DNA of 63,534 nt, filler included. It is 5 parts of 5 records of this genome, joined end to end, with 100 filler letters (N's around TTAATTAATTAA, not from the genome) between each part and the next. Parts side by side here need not be neighbours in the genome. Positions count along the whole stretch, not along the records: positions 23,292 to 40,740 come from SRR22947725_375; positions 40,841 to 47,524 come from SRR22947725_377; positions 47,625 to 57,704 come from SRR22947725_385; 2 more parts are not named here. One strand, written 5' to 3'. The notes beneath the pieces are model-generated. The model was given only the letters and a program-made list of their open reading frames with translations, was not told the DNA's origin and ran no database searches. Position numbers and translations under genes: made by a program. Shown here piece after piece: positions 37,286-50,160 of this stretch (position 1 is the first letter of the stretch; every line of letters begins with the position of its first letter).

Positions 37286-38182
37286 ATGAAATTCAGATCT
37301 TTTGACTCATTTAGAGTATTTGAAAAAGTTGCTCAACTCGAGAGTATTACTCTAGCAGCAGAAGCATTAAATTTATCAAAAAGTGCCATTAGTTATCAGA
37401 TTACTAAGCTTGAGAACGAGCTTGAATTTTTACTTTTTGATCGTGTTAATTCAAGATTGGTATTAACAACTAAAGGTCGAAGATTATGGTACGTTGCTGA
37501 ATCATCATTGAATCAAATTGAGAGAGAGATTAACCTGATGCGTGGTGAGAATTCAGGGACAGTCAAAGTAGGAATTGTCTCTTCATTTGCTTCAAGATGG
37601 CTATCACCAAGATTAACTAATTTTTTTGAGCAATGTCCCGATTTAGGTCTAAAAATTGAGTCTATTAATTCAATAGATGAGTTTAGTAATGCTGATTTTT
37701 CATTAGCCATATTATGGGGAGATTCCTGGAGTGATTTTGAGTATGAATTATTAATGCCCACTTCATCATTCGTTCTTGGTAACAGGAAAATCTATGAACA
37801 AACTAGATCCATTACGTTAGAGGAAGCAATGAAAAAAATTCCTTTGCTTAATGACGGTTTTTATGGAGGTAATGGAGGAATGCAGGCTTGGCATAGGCAA
37901 GCTAATCTTGAATATAATCCATCAAAGAGTAGCCTCAAAATTACCGATGCCTCTACAAGACTTCAGGCAGTTGTTGATGGACAAGGTATTGCCTTGTGGG
38001 ATGAGTTAGTAAATGAAGAGATTGAGTCTGGAAAATTATTTTATATTTCTGATATTATGCTTCCAGGTTTTGGTTATCACCTGGTATATAAAAATAAAAA
38101 TTCATTATCTATTGAAGAAAAAAATTTTTGTAAATGGATAAAGAGTGAGCTTCCGAAACAAACTAATAGTAAAACTCTATAG
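37286..38182 (+). CDS. LysR-family regulator (GcvA-like)
   Basis: HTH SITLAAEALNLSKSAISYQITKLE and FASRWLSPRL. Divergent from the dehydrogenase gene. Confidence 0.9.
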   Translation: MKFRSFDSFRVFEKVAQLESITLAAEALNLSKSAISYQITKLENELEFLLFDRVNSRLVLTTKGRRLWYVAESSLNQIEREINLMRGENSGTVKVGIVSSFASRWLSPRLTNFFEQCPDLGLKIESINSIDEFSNADFSLAILWGDSWSDFEYELLMPTSSFVLGNRKIYEQTRSITLEEAMKKIPLLNDGFYGGNGGMQAWHRQANLEYNPSKSSLKITDASTRLQAVVDGQGIALWDELVNEEIESGKLFYISDIMLPGFGYHLVYKNKNSLSIEEKNFCKWIKSELPKQTNSKTL

Positions 38183-38765
38183 TTGAGACTGAAACATCGG
38201 AAATATGATCTCTGCCATAGGCAACAATACCAAAACTCCTAATTTTTTTAGGATCTAGTCTCGAATCTTTTGACCATCTGCGTTCGAATTTATTGAAAGG
38301 GAGGTCAATCATTTTCCAATCTTCATCAGCTTTGAAAGTTGTAGCATAATAGTCAGAGGGAGACCAGCTTTCATTGGTTCTAATATGTATGTAGTAGGTT
38401 TCTCCATTTCCTCTTACATTAAGACGAACGCCTTGGAGGTTTTTTCCCTCTTTTTCTGAGTTTGCAAAAGAGACACTGGCGCGTAACTGTATGAAGCCAC
38501 CATTATTTGCGGTGCTAACGTTCCCTGTAAGTCTTGCATAATACATTTCTCCGTCTTGCTCAAGTGAGACTTGACCATCTGAGACTCCACCCATGACGCG
38601 GTCACTTACATACTGCCAGTACCTTCCGCTATCAGCATTAAATGGGTAAGCGAGGGTATCCTCATCTGCAACTGCTTTTGAATTGAATGATAGCATCAAT
38701 ACTGCCATAAGAAATAGAGTTAAAAAATGGTTAAATTTGATTTGAACAATTGATTTAAAGCACAT
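38163..38765 (-). CDS. CIA30-family protein
   Basis: VSDRVMGGVS, VSTANNGGF, VRGNG. Confidence 0.88.
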   Translation of the reverse strand: MCFKSIVQIKFNHFLTLFLMAVLMLSFNSKAVADEDTLAYPFNADSGRYWQYVSDRVMGGVSDGQVSLEQDGEMYYARLTGNVSTANNGGFIQLRASVSFANSEKEGKNLQGVRLNVRGNGETYYIHIRTNESWSPSDYYATTFKADEDWKMIDLPFNKFERRWSKDSRLDPKKIRSFGIVAYGRDHISDVSVSTIEFYY

Positions 38766-38834
38766 AAAAAATATTGAATTCTTAAAGAATTTTATTATAG
38801 GTTTTTTTTAGATTCCTTTATGTTTTTTCATCAT

Positions 38835-38861
38835 AAAAAAAGCCGGCTCTAGCCGGCTTTT
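38835..38861 (-). terminator. intrinsic terminator of glnK-amtB
   Basis: AAAAAAAGCCGGC-TCTA-GCCGGCTTTT. Confidence 0.8.
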
Positions 38862-38886
38862 AATTATTGCATTTAATAATCTCGGT

Positions 38887-40158
38887 TTATATGTCGTATC
38901 CCTTTTCACCATGACTCTCGAGGTCAAGACCCTGAGTTTCGGTTTGTGAATCTACCCTTAGCCCAGTTACTAGATCAACTAATTTTAGAATTATGAATGT
39001 CGATATGGCAGTGTAGGCAGCAGTTGCGACTACAGCCGTAAATTGAATCTGCAATTGATCACTGATAACAATAGCTTCATGACTCCAGCCACCTTGTCCT
39101 GAAAAAATTCCAAGTTCTTTGGATGCAAAAACACCAACTAAAATGGTGCCACATATGCCTCCAACTCCATGCACTGGAAATACATCTAAAGAGTCGTCAA
39201 TCTTAAATTTTTGTTTAATAATAATGACTGCATTAAAGCAAACATAGCCAGCAATAATTCCAATAACAAGCGCACCAGCAGGACCAACAAATCCAGAGGC
39301 TGGTGTAATGGTTCCAAGACCTGCTACCATTCCTGTTACTGAACCTAGAGCAGTTGGCTTACCAAACTTGATCCATTCATAGAACATCCAGGTCATTGCT
39401 CCTGCAGCTGCTGAGATATGGGTTGCTAAAATTGCCATTGCTGCATCACCCCCGGCAGAGAGTGCAGAGCCACCATTAAAGCCAAACCATCCTACCCAAA
39501 GCATCGCGGCACCAGTAATAGTCATTGTCATATTGTGAGGTGGTATTGGTCTTTTAAGGAATTCTTGTCTGGGTCCAAGAACAATTGCTGCCACTAAAGC
39601 TGCAACACCAGCTGTAATATGAACGACTGTTCCGCCAGCATAATCAAGGGTATCACTAAGCCATCCTCCACCCCATACCCAGTGAGTAATTGGTGCATAA
39701 ACGATTAATAGCCAAATGCTACTAAATAATAGTACTGCAGAAAATTTCATTCTTTCTGCATAACCACCAACGATCAATGCAGGAGTAATAATGGCAAAAG
39801 TCATCTGAAACATTGCAAATAATGACTCAGGAATTGAACCACTCACGCTATCAATACTTATTTTTGCTAGCATGAAGTTGGATAAATCACCTATAAATGG
39901 ATGATCACCTGAGAATGCAAGACTATATCCAGCTATAAACCAAAGAATGCTAACAATCCCTGCAATTGCAAAACATTGCATAAGAATTGATAGGATATTA
40001 TTTGATCGAACTAGTCCTCCATAGAATAGTGCTAAGCCTGGAAGTGTCATGAATAGTACTAGCGCTGTTGAAGTCATAATCCATGCAGTATCAGCGCCAT
40101 TAATGACATCCGCAAAGGCGGTCATTGGCAATAAAGCCAATAGAATAAAATATTTCAT
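38887..40158 (-). CDS. amtB: ammonium transporter
   Basis: FQMTFAIIT, DYAGGTVVH, WFGFNGGS, DDSLDVFPVHG. Confidence 0.96.
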   Translation of the reverse strand: MKYFILLALLPMTAFADVINGADTAWIMTSTALVLFMTLPGLALFYGGLVRSNNILSILMQCFAIAGIVSILWFIAGYSLAFSGDHPFIGDLSNFMLAKISIDSVSGSIPESLFAMFQMTFAIITPALIVGGYAERMKFSAVLLFSSIWLLIVYAPITHWVWGGGWLSDTLDYAGGTVVHITAGVAALVAAIVLGPRQEFLKRPIPPHNMTMTITGAAMLWVGWFGFNGGSALSAGGDAAMAILATHISAAAGAMTWMFYEWIKFGKPTALGSVTGMVAGLGTITPASGFVGPAGALVIGIIAGYVCFNAVIIIKQKFKIDDSLDVFPVHGVGGICGTILVGVFASKELGIFSGQGGWSHEAIVISDQLQIQFTAVVATAAYTAISTFIILKLVDLVTGLRVDSQTETQGLDLESHGEKGYDI

Positions 40159-40167
40159 TGAGCTCTC

Positions 40168-40506
40168 CTAGAGTGCGTCGTGGTCCGTTTCGCCAGTGCG
40201 AACACGAACTACTTTTTCGATGTCGGTGACAAAAATTTTGCCATCACCTTTTTTCCCGGAACGAGCGATATCACTAATTGTTTTAATGACTAAATCTAGA
40301 TTTTTGTTTGAAATAGCAATTTCAAGTTTAACTTTGTGAACAAACTCTACTGTAAACTCAGTACCACGATAAAGTTCTGTATGACCTTTTTGCTTGCCAA
40401 AACCCTTCACTTCAGTGACCGTCATACCAGGTATGTCAACATCACAAAGTGCTTCTCTAACCTTATCTAAATTTTCAGGTCTTAATATTGCAGTAACTAA
40501 TTTCAA
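40168..40506 (-). CDS. glnK: PII nitrogen regulatory protein
   Basis: GFGKQKGHTELYRG (Tyr51), GDGKIFV, RTGE. TTG start; upstream of amtB. Confidence 0.93.
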   Translation of the reverse strand: MKLVTAILRPENLDKVREALCDVDIPGMTVTEVKGFGKQKGHTELYRGTEFTVEFVHKVKLEIAISNKNLDLVIKTISDIARSGKKGDGKIFVTDIEKVVRVRTGETDHDAL

Positions 40507-40670
40507 AACTTTCTCTCAAACTTAAAAAATATCTTCCGTAGACATCTTGGAAATAATATCCGACATTGGCTCCTTGGAAGCTGCATTGCTAGAACGACAG
40601 TTGCGACTTTGCAACCATAAAATGATTATAGATTATTTGAGTAATCTTTGAGATTTATTTAGAAATGATA

Positions 40671-40740
40671 TGGTGGAGGGACAGGGATTCGAACCCTGGA
40701 AGGGTATTAGCCCTTGCTGGTTTTCAAGACCAGTGCATTC
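40671..40740 (-). tRNA. tRNA-Ser(UGA), 5' end truncated by contig edge
   Basis: Reverse complement shows the anticodon arm CTGGT-CTTGAAA-ACCAG, a long variable arm, GGTTCGAATCC and a 3' CCA. Confidence 0.92.
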
Positions 40741-40840
40741 NNNNNNNNNNNNNNNNNNNNNNNNNNNNNNNNNNNNNNNNNNNNTTAATTAATTAANNNN
40801 NNNNNNNNNNNNNNNNNNNNNNNNNNNNNNNNNNNNNNNN
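40741..40840. other. synthetic contig linker
   Basis: N44-TTAATTAATTAA-N44. Confidence 0.97.
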
Positions 40841-42259
40841 TCTTAAAACATTAGCTAAATCAATTGCTTCTTCTAATGTGAATGTCCCCGATATTTCAGA
40901 ATTACCGCCTGAGATTGCACCAGTAGTAACCCCTGGAGCAGAATAAACAGTCTCATCTAAAACAATTGCAATTTGACTTCCCTGAGTAAAAGCGTTACCT
41001 GTCATTTTTTCCCAAACCTTAGCTCCCTTAGCATTCATTTGCATACTTACAGTAGGCTGACCAGATGGAGAGTAAGATTGTCTTGCATCTGTAATTACTG
41101 AACCGCTTAATTCAGGTTTATTATCTCTATTACCCTGTAAAACATATAAATCAATTAACTCATTTCCTTCAAGATCTAGTGTTGGGATTCCCCATACAAA
41201 CTTAGCATCTCTTTGTTCTGAAGTAAGTAAAGACTTAACCTCAGACATTTTTAGGTATTCAGAAATCTTTTCTTTTGCTTTAGAATCAAATGTTGCAATA
41301 ATAGGACCCCCAGGATAACCTTGTCCTTTAATAGCATCTAAAATTGGGTTAACTTCAACAAAAGTTGAATCTGAAGCTGTACCTAATAAATCGTCAATTT
41401 CACTATTAGTATCATCAGATGTTACTGAAACTTCTTCAGAGTCTTCCATAGATTTAACTACTTCATTTGCTTGTACAATAAAATTTAAAAAATCTTGACC
41501 TCTGAAAGCATCCCAAAATTCTAATTGAGCCGTACTTTGTAATAAATTCTTAACTCTTTCGATGTCCTTAGCTCCTGGTAATTCAACTAAAATTCTTCCT
41601 GAATTACCTAATCTTTGAATGTTTGGTTGAGTAACACCAAACTTATCTATTCTTTTTCTTAAAACTTCAAAAGCAGAAACAATAGATTCATCAATCTTTT
41701 CTTTTATTATTGGTTGTACATCTTGATCATCCATATCGAAAGTAATTTCCTCACTCAAGCTTCTGTTTGCAAATATATCTGGAGAAGCAAGTTTGGTATC
41801 TCCTTTAATTGCATCAAAAGCAACGAAAAAATCTTCTAGGTATGTGTTTTGACTATTTTTTTGAATTTCTTCAGCATCAACAAGTGCTTGATTAAATATT
41901 GGATCTCTACTATTATTAGAAAGACCTTTTAAAATATCTTTAACAGAAATTTGAAGAATTACATTTATTCCACCTTTTAAATCTAGACCTAAATTCATAG
42001 CTCTGTCCTTAACTTCATTAAAAGTATAATCTGATATTCCTATATCAAAAACGGATGTATTAGATAAAGAATCCAAATAATTAGCTTCTATTATATTCCT
42101 TTGCTTATCAAAATCAGGTTGTGATTCTGATACTTTACTTATTGCATACTTTGCTGCATTTTCTTCAACACGATTGGCTTTAAAAGTAAACGATAGTTGG
42201 TATATACTAACCAAACCAAACATTAAAGCAAATAATTTTATTAATCCTTTATTCTGCAT
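40841..42259 (-). CDS. secDF: protein translocase SecDF (Bacteroidetes type), 3' truncated
   Basis: MQNKG, NLGLDLKGG, RIDKFGVTQPNIQ, AIVLD..VYSAP. Confidence 0.93.
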
Positions 42260-42390
42260 TGTGATGTATTTTATTCAATTTAAAAACGAGCAAATATATG
42301 ATTTAACTAATAAATTGACAACAGAAACGACTCATTTCTAAATTGATCAATTTACAGCAAACAAAAATAATTCAGAATTATAATAGTAAT

Positions 42391-43317
42391 TTATAAAGCT
42401 AAAAGATTATTTGTTTTCTTAACTCCTTCAGCACTTTCATGTAAATGCTTCATATCAGCCTCACTTAATTCTATCTTAACTATTTCTTCGATACCATTTT
42501 TTCCGAGGATAACAGGAACACCTATAGAAAGATCATCAAGTCCATATTCCCCCTCTAATAAGACAGAACATGGATACATTTTCTTTTGGTCACAAGCAAT
42601 TGCTTGAACTAATCCACTTACAGCAGCACCAGGAGCATACCATGCAGATGTTCCGAGTAATTTTGTTAGTGTTGCTCCTCCTACTTTGGTTTCTTGTTTT
42701 ACTTTTTCAAGTCTTTCTTTAGAAATAAATTCAGAAATATTAATGCTATTTCTAGTGGCATTAGAGATTAATGGAACCATTCCCACATCGCTATGACCTC
42801 CTATAACCATACCGTCAATATCGCTGATTGGAGCATTTAGTGCTTCCGCTAGTCTGTATTTAAATCTCGCTGAATCAAGAGCGCCACCCATTCCAATGAT
42901 TTTGTTTTTTGGAAGATCTGTAGTTTTATGTACCAAATAAGTCATTGAATCCATAGGATTACTAACAATGATTAGGATTGTATCGGGAGAATACTTTATT
43001 AGATTCGAGGTAACTGTTTTCACGATTCCTGCATTAATACCAATTAATTCTTCACGGGTCATACCTGGTTTACGAGGAATTCCGGATGTAACAACACAAA
43101 TAGAACTATTTGCTGTTTTACTGTAATCATTAGTAGTACCTGTTATTTTTGTATCAAAATTATTTAGAGATGCAGTTTGCATTAAATCCATCGCTTTGCC
43201 TTCAGCAAAACCTTCTTTTATATCTAATAAAACAACTTCAGAAGCGAAATCTTTTATTGCTATATATTCAGCACAACTAGCACCTACTGCGCCGGCACCA
43301 ACAACAGTTATTTTCAT
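42391..43317 (-). CDS. mdh: malate dehydrogenase (LDH-like)
   Basis: VGAGAVG, PRKPGMTRE, LDSARF, GGH. Confidence 0.95.
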   Translation of the reverse strand: MKITVVGAGAVGASCAEYIAIKDFASEVVLLDIKEGFAEGKAMDLMQTASLNNFDTKITGTTNDYSKTANSSICVVTSGIPRKPGMTREELIGINAGIVKTVTSNLIKYSPDTILIIVSNPMDSMTYLVHKTTDLPKNKIIGMGGALDSARFKYRLAEALNAPISDIDGMVIGGHSDVGMVPLISNATRNSINISEFISKERLEKVKQETKVGGATLTKLLGTSAWYAPGAAVSGLVQAIACDQKKMYPCSVLLEGEYGLDDLSIGVPVILGKNGIEEIVKIELSEADMKHLHESAEGVKKTNNLLAL

Positions 43318-43334
43318 AATTATATTTTTATTAA

Positions 43335-45272
<1,938 letters not shown>

Positions 45273-45434
45273 TTATATTTTTAATTGGTTTTTTTTTATT
45301 AAAAAAAACCTTATGAAAAAGTTACATTTTAATTATTAATGTAAATATAAAAAAAAGTGAAAATTTTTATGCTATTTTATTCTTAAATAACCCTATAAGT
45401 TATTAACAATTAAAGTAGTAAAAATTGACTAAAA

Positions 45435-47105
45435 TTAAGCTTCATAAGCATCGTCATGAACCTCAATAATTGCTCTACCTGACGGCTCATTCATATTTTT
45501 AAATGCTTCATCCCATTCTAGAGCTATTTTAGTGCTACAAGCCACTGAAGGTTCTTGAGGAACACTTAATGCAGCAGCTTTACTTGGAAAATGAGACTGA
45601 AATATTGATCGGTAAAAATACTCCTCTTTTGATGTAGGTGGTTGATTAGGGAAATCGATTTCTACAGTTTTCATTTGATCATCAGAAACAGAACTATTGA
45701 CAAGCTCCTTTAATTTATCTATCCAACTGTAGCCAACACCATCACTAAACTGTTCTTTTTGTCTCCACGCAATACTTTCAGGTAAATAATCTTCAAAAGC
45801 CTTTCTTAATACCCATTTCTCCATTCTTTCAGAATTAATCATTTTATCATTAGGATTAATACTCATTGCCACGTCAATAAATTCTTTATCTAAAAAAGGA
45901 ACCCTACCTTCAATCCCCCAAGCAGCCAAACTTTTATTCGCCCTTAAACAATCATACATGTGTAGCTTATTAATCTTTCGAACTGTTTCCTTATGAAATT
46001 CTTTAGAATTTGGTGCTTTGTGAAAATACAAGTAACCTCCAAACAGTTCATCGGCACCTTCACCTGATAATACCATCTTAATACCCATTGATTTAATAAC
46101 TCTTGCCATTAAATACATTGGAGTTGAAGCTCTTATAGTAGTAATATCATAAGTCTCTAAATTATAAATAACATCTTTAATTGCATCAAACCCTTCTTGA
46201 ATTGTAAATACTATCTCATGATGAATTGTTCCAATATGGTCTGCAACTTTTTTAGCAGCTGATAGATCTGGAGACCCCTCTAAACCTACTGAAAAAGAAT
46301 GTAACTGAGGCCACCAAGCATCTGACTTATCTCCACTTTCTATTCTCTTTTGTGAATATTTTTTAGCAATTGCAGATGTAATCGACGAATCTAATCCACC
46401 AGAAAGTAAAACTCCATAAGGGACATCACTCATAAGCTGTCTATGCACAGCAGACTCTAAAGCCTCTTTGACTATTTTTATGCTTGTTGTATTTTCTTTT
46501 ACAGCTTCATAGTCACTCCAATCTCTAGAGTACCACTTAATAAATTCTTTATCTTTGCTGTGGTAATAATGACCTGGTGGAAAAAGTTCAATTTTTTTAC
46601 ACTTCCCCTCTAATGCCTTAAGCTCGGAAGCGACATAAAAAGTACCTTTTTCATCCCAACCAATGTAAAGTGGAATTATTCCAATATGATCTCTTGCTAC
46701 AAAATACTGATCATTTTCTGAATCATATATTGCAAAACCAAAAATACCATTCATCTTATCTAAAAAAGATGGTCCATATTTTTGATATAAAGCAATAATA
46801 ACCTCACAATCACTATTGGTCGAAAAGTCATAAGAACCAATAAACTCTTTTCTTAAATCAAAATGATTATATATCTCTCCGTTGGCTGCTAATACTAACT
46901 TATTGTCAGAACTAAAAAGAGGTTGTCTACCAGATTTTGGATCTACAATAGCCAACCTTTCATGAGACATAATAGCATTATCAGAACTATAAATTCCACT
47001 CCAATCAGGACCCCGGTGTCTGATTTTTTTAGACATTTCTAAAATTTCTGGTCTTAAAGAATCCGGGGATTGCTTTAAATCAAAAGCACAAACTATTCCA
47101 CACAT
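45435..47105 (-). CDS. asnB: asparagine synthetase B
   Basis: MCGI, HRGPD, LSGGLDSS, SGEGADE. ATG 47105. Confidence 0.95.
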   Translation of the reverse strand: MCGIVCAFDLKQSPDSLRPEILEMSKKIRHRGPDWSGIYSSDNAIMSHERLAIVDPKSGRQPLFSSDNKLVLAANGEIYNHFDLRKEFIGSYDFSTNSDCEVIIALYQKYGPSFLDKMNGIFGFAIYDSENDQYFVARDHIGIIPLYIGWDEKGTFYVASELKALEGKCKKIELFPPGHYYHSKDKEFIKWYSRDWSDYEAVKENTTSIKIVKEALESAVHRQLMSDVPYGVLLSGGLDSSITSAIAKKYSQKRIESGDKSDAWWPQLHSFSVGLEGSPDLSAAKKVADHIGTIHHEIVFTIQEGFDAIKDVIYNLETYDITTIRASTPMYLMARVIKSMGIKMVLSGEGADELFGGYLYFHKAPNSKEFHKETVRKINKLHMYDCLRANKSLAAWGIEGRVPFLDKEFIDVAMSINPNDKMINSERMEKWVLRKAFEDYLPESIAWRQKEQFSDGVGYSWIDKLKELVNSSVSDDQMKTVEIDFPNQPPTSKEEYFYRSIFQSHFPSKAAALSVPQEPSVACSTKIALEWDEAFKNMNEPSGRAIIEVHDDAYEA

Positions 47106-47252
47106 ATTATATATTTTAGTCAAATATGCGTTAAATATTAATATTATAAATTAAAAATATACTTTTAATTACATATATAAATATATAATTATAAATTAAT
47201 TACAAATATTAATTTTTATTTAAACAATAACAAGTAAGGTTAAAATAATTAA

Positions 47253-47524
47253 CTATGGAATATTAAGATATTTGTGTGTCTGAAGAGAAACCTTCCATTT
47301 AGGATTTTGCATCACATAATCAACAATAAGTGGCATAACCAGGTCTCTTTTACTCCATTCAGGTTGCAAAAATAGCACGCATTTCTGATTAACTTTTGCA
47401 GCCTCTCTCTCGGCAAACTCAAAATCACTCTTATTATAAATTATCATTTTAAGCTCATCTGCAACTTGATATATTTCGTTCTTTGGAAGTTTTCTTTTTT
47501 TAGGAGACAAACATATCCAATCCC
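47253..47524 (-). CDS. queE: 7-carboxy-7-deazaguanine synthase QueE, C-terminal fragment
   Basis: DWICLSPK, ELK, LQPEWS, SLQTHKYL. Confidence 0.85.
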
Positions 47525-47624
47525 NNNNNNNNNNNNNNNNNNNNNNNNNNNNNNNNNNNNNNNNNNNNTTAATTAATTAANNNNNNNNNNNNNNNNNNNN
47601 NNNNNNNNNNNNNNNNNNNNNNNN
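47525..47624. other. synthetic contig linker
   Basis: N44-TTAATTAATTAA-N44. Confidence 0.97.
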
Positions 47625-49281
47625 TAAAATTAATCAAAATGATGAAAAAGTTTTTTCACTTCTTTCAACTGGTGAAACAACAGGTTTATTTCAATTGGAA
47701 AGTGCAGGGATGAGAGATGCGATTAAACAAATGAAACCAAATAAATTTGATGATATTATTGCTCTTGTAGCTTTATATAGACCAGGACCAATGAGCAATA
47801 TTCCGATATATAATGACTGTAAAAATGGAATAAAAGATCCTGATTACATACATCCTATTTTAAAAGACATATTAAAACCTACCTATGGAATTATTATTTA
47901 CCAAGAGCAAGTAATGCAAATTGCTCAAACACTGGCAGGCTTCACAGCTGGAGAAGCTGATATTTTAAGACGAGCAATGGGTAAAAAAAAGAAAGCTGAA
48001 CTAGATAGGCAGAAAGAAAGATTTATAAATGGAGCTTTAAAAAATGGTATAGAAAAAGATGTAGCTAATTTTGTATTTACAAAAATCGAGCCTTTTGCTC
48101 AGTACGGATTCAACAAAAGTCATGCTGCTGCATACGCTTTAATTGCTTACCAAACTGCTTATCTAAAAACCTACCATAAAGAAGATTTTATAGCTGCAAC
48201 TATGTCAACTGAATTAACTAATACTTCTAAACTTAGAGAATTTGTTGAAGAATTAAAAAGATTAAATATTGAAATAATCAGACCATCTATAAATAAATCT
48301 TTTGCAGAATTCAAAGCTATAGACGGTAAACTTTTTTACGGTCTTGGTGCAATTAAAAGTGTTGGTTTTGAAGCTATTTCAAATATTTTAAACGAAAGAG
48401 AAAAAAATGGAAAATATAAAACTTTTGCTGACTTTATAAATAGAGTTGATGCAAAAGATGTAAATAAATTACAATTAGAAGGCTTAGTAAAGAGTGGTGT
48501 TTTTGATGAGTTTGATAAAGATAGGAATAAAATTTTAAATTCAATACCAAAAATAATACAACAAATTAAAAATATAAATGACGATAAAGAAAATAATCAA
48601 TCGAGTCTTTTTGAAGGCCAAGATAACACACATAAGGAATTTGATTTTTTGCCCCATACGCCTTGGAAGCAAAAAGAACTTTTAACGGAAGAGTTTAAAT
48701 CTTTAGGTTTTTATTTGTCAGACCACCCACTCAATGAATATAGCGAGATATTCAATCAATTGAAAATAATGTCTTATAATCAATTTTATAAAAATAATGA
48801 TAGCGAGGGTTTAGTAGCAGGAACTATTATGTCAATAGTTGAAAAAAAAAGTGCAAAAGGAACTCCATATGGAATAGTTAAATTTAGTGATATTGAGGGT
48901 GAATTTGAACTTTTTTTATTTTCTGAAATACTTGTTTTAAATAGAGAGAAACTTAAGGAGTCAGAGTCTTTCGTATTGACCTTGCAAAAAGACAGGACCA
49001 CAAATGACTCTTCAAAGAAAAGAATTAATGTAAAAAATATATTAAGTGTAGATAATGTTATCAATAAACCTTACAAGAAAGTAACAATAGAATTAAAAAA
49101 TAATTGTAATTTAGGCGAAATTAGTCAACTATTGTCAGCTGATGGAGAAACTGAAATTAATTTAGTTCTTAAAAATCAGAATAAAAAAGCCCATTTCTCT
49201 CTTAAAAATAATAGAAAATTTGATTTAAAACAGCTAAAAGTCCTTAAAGATAAGGAATACGTAGAAAAAATAACTTTTTAG
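47625..49281 (+). CDS. dnaE: DNA polymerase III alpha subunit, 5' truncated
   Basis: GLFQLES, ALYRPGPM, YQEQVMQIA, YGFNKSHA. Confidence 0.96.
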
Positions 49282-49325
49282 ATAGTTGATTTTTTAGCCT
49301 GTTTGTATATATCAGTGAGTAATTT

Positions 49326-49395
49326 CGCACACAGTTACAAGGGCATAGCCCTACCGGTCCATAATATTGGAATCACTGTGGTGGATTAACCGGAA
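49326..49395 (+). promoter_or_regulatory. rpsB 5' leader structure (S2 autoregulation-type)
   Basis: GC-enriched island in AT-rich DNA. The outer stem CACAGT/ACTGTG encloses hairpins AGGGC/GCCCT and TCCA/TGGA. Confidence 0.6.
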
Positions 49396-49401
49396 AAAAA
49401 T

Positions 49402-50151
49402 ATGAACGTACCAAAAGTAGACATAAAACAATTATTAGAGGCAGGAGTTCACCTAGGTCATAAAACGTTAAGGTGGAACCCAAAAATGAAGAAGTATATT
49501 TTTGGTGAGAAAAATTCAATTCATATTATAGATTTAACTCAGACAGTAGAATTTCTAAAAAATGCATTAGTTCAAGTACACAAAGTGGTAGCTAGTGGAG
49601 GAAAACTATTGATTGTTTCAACAAAAAAACAAGCTTCTGAACAAGTAAGCGAATTAGCAAAAGAAACAGATCAATATTTTGTAAATTATAGATGGCTAGG
49701 TGGAATGCTAACTAATTGGAATACAATACAAAATTCAATCAAAAGATTAAAAAAATTAAATGAACAATTATCTAAGGAAAACTTAGGTTTTACTAAAAAA
49801 GAAATTTTAAAATTTAGCAAAGAAAAAGAAAAACTTCAAAGATCTCTAGGTGGTATTGCAGAAATGAAAAAAACTCCAGATTTAATTTTTATTATAGATA
49901 CAAATATTGAGTCTCTGGCAGTTGCAGAAGCAAAAAAATTAGGTATACCAATTATAGCGATACTAGATAGTAATTCGGACCCAACAGGGATAAATTTCCC
50001 AATTCCAGGTAATGATGATGCTAGGCGGTCAATAAATCTTTATTGTGAGTTATTAAAAAACACAATTAAAGATGCAGAAAAATTTATCAAAGGTACTGAT
50101 GATAAAGTAGAAACAGTCAATAAAGCTGTAGATAAAAAAAATAATTCTTAA
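49402..50151 (+). CDS. rpsB: 30S ribosomal protein S2
   Basis: [30 protein letters not shown]. Confidence 0.97.
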   Translation: MNVPKVDIKQLLEAGVHLGHKTLRWNPKMKKYIFGEKNSIHIIDLTQTVEFLKNALVQVHKVVASGGKLLIVSTKKQASEQVSELAKETDQYFVNYRWLGGMLTNWNTIQNSIKRLKKLNEQLSKENLGFTKKEILKFSKEKEKLQRSLGGIAEMKKTPDLIFIIDTNIESLAVAEAKKLGIPIIAILDSNSDPTGINFPIPGNDDARRSINLYCELLKNTIKDAEKFIKGTDDKVETVNKAVDKKNNS

Positions 50152-50160
50152 ATTTACCTA

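Noticed and set aside
40671-40740. tRNA-Ser as the integration site of an island
   Set aside because: No integrase and no duplicated tRNA 3' end were seen in this contig.
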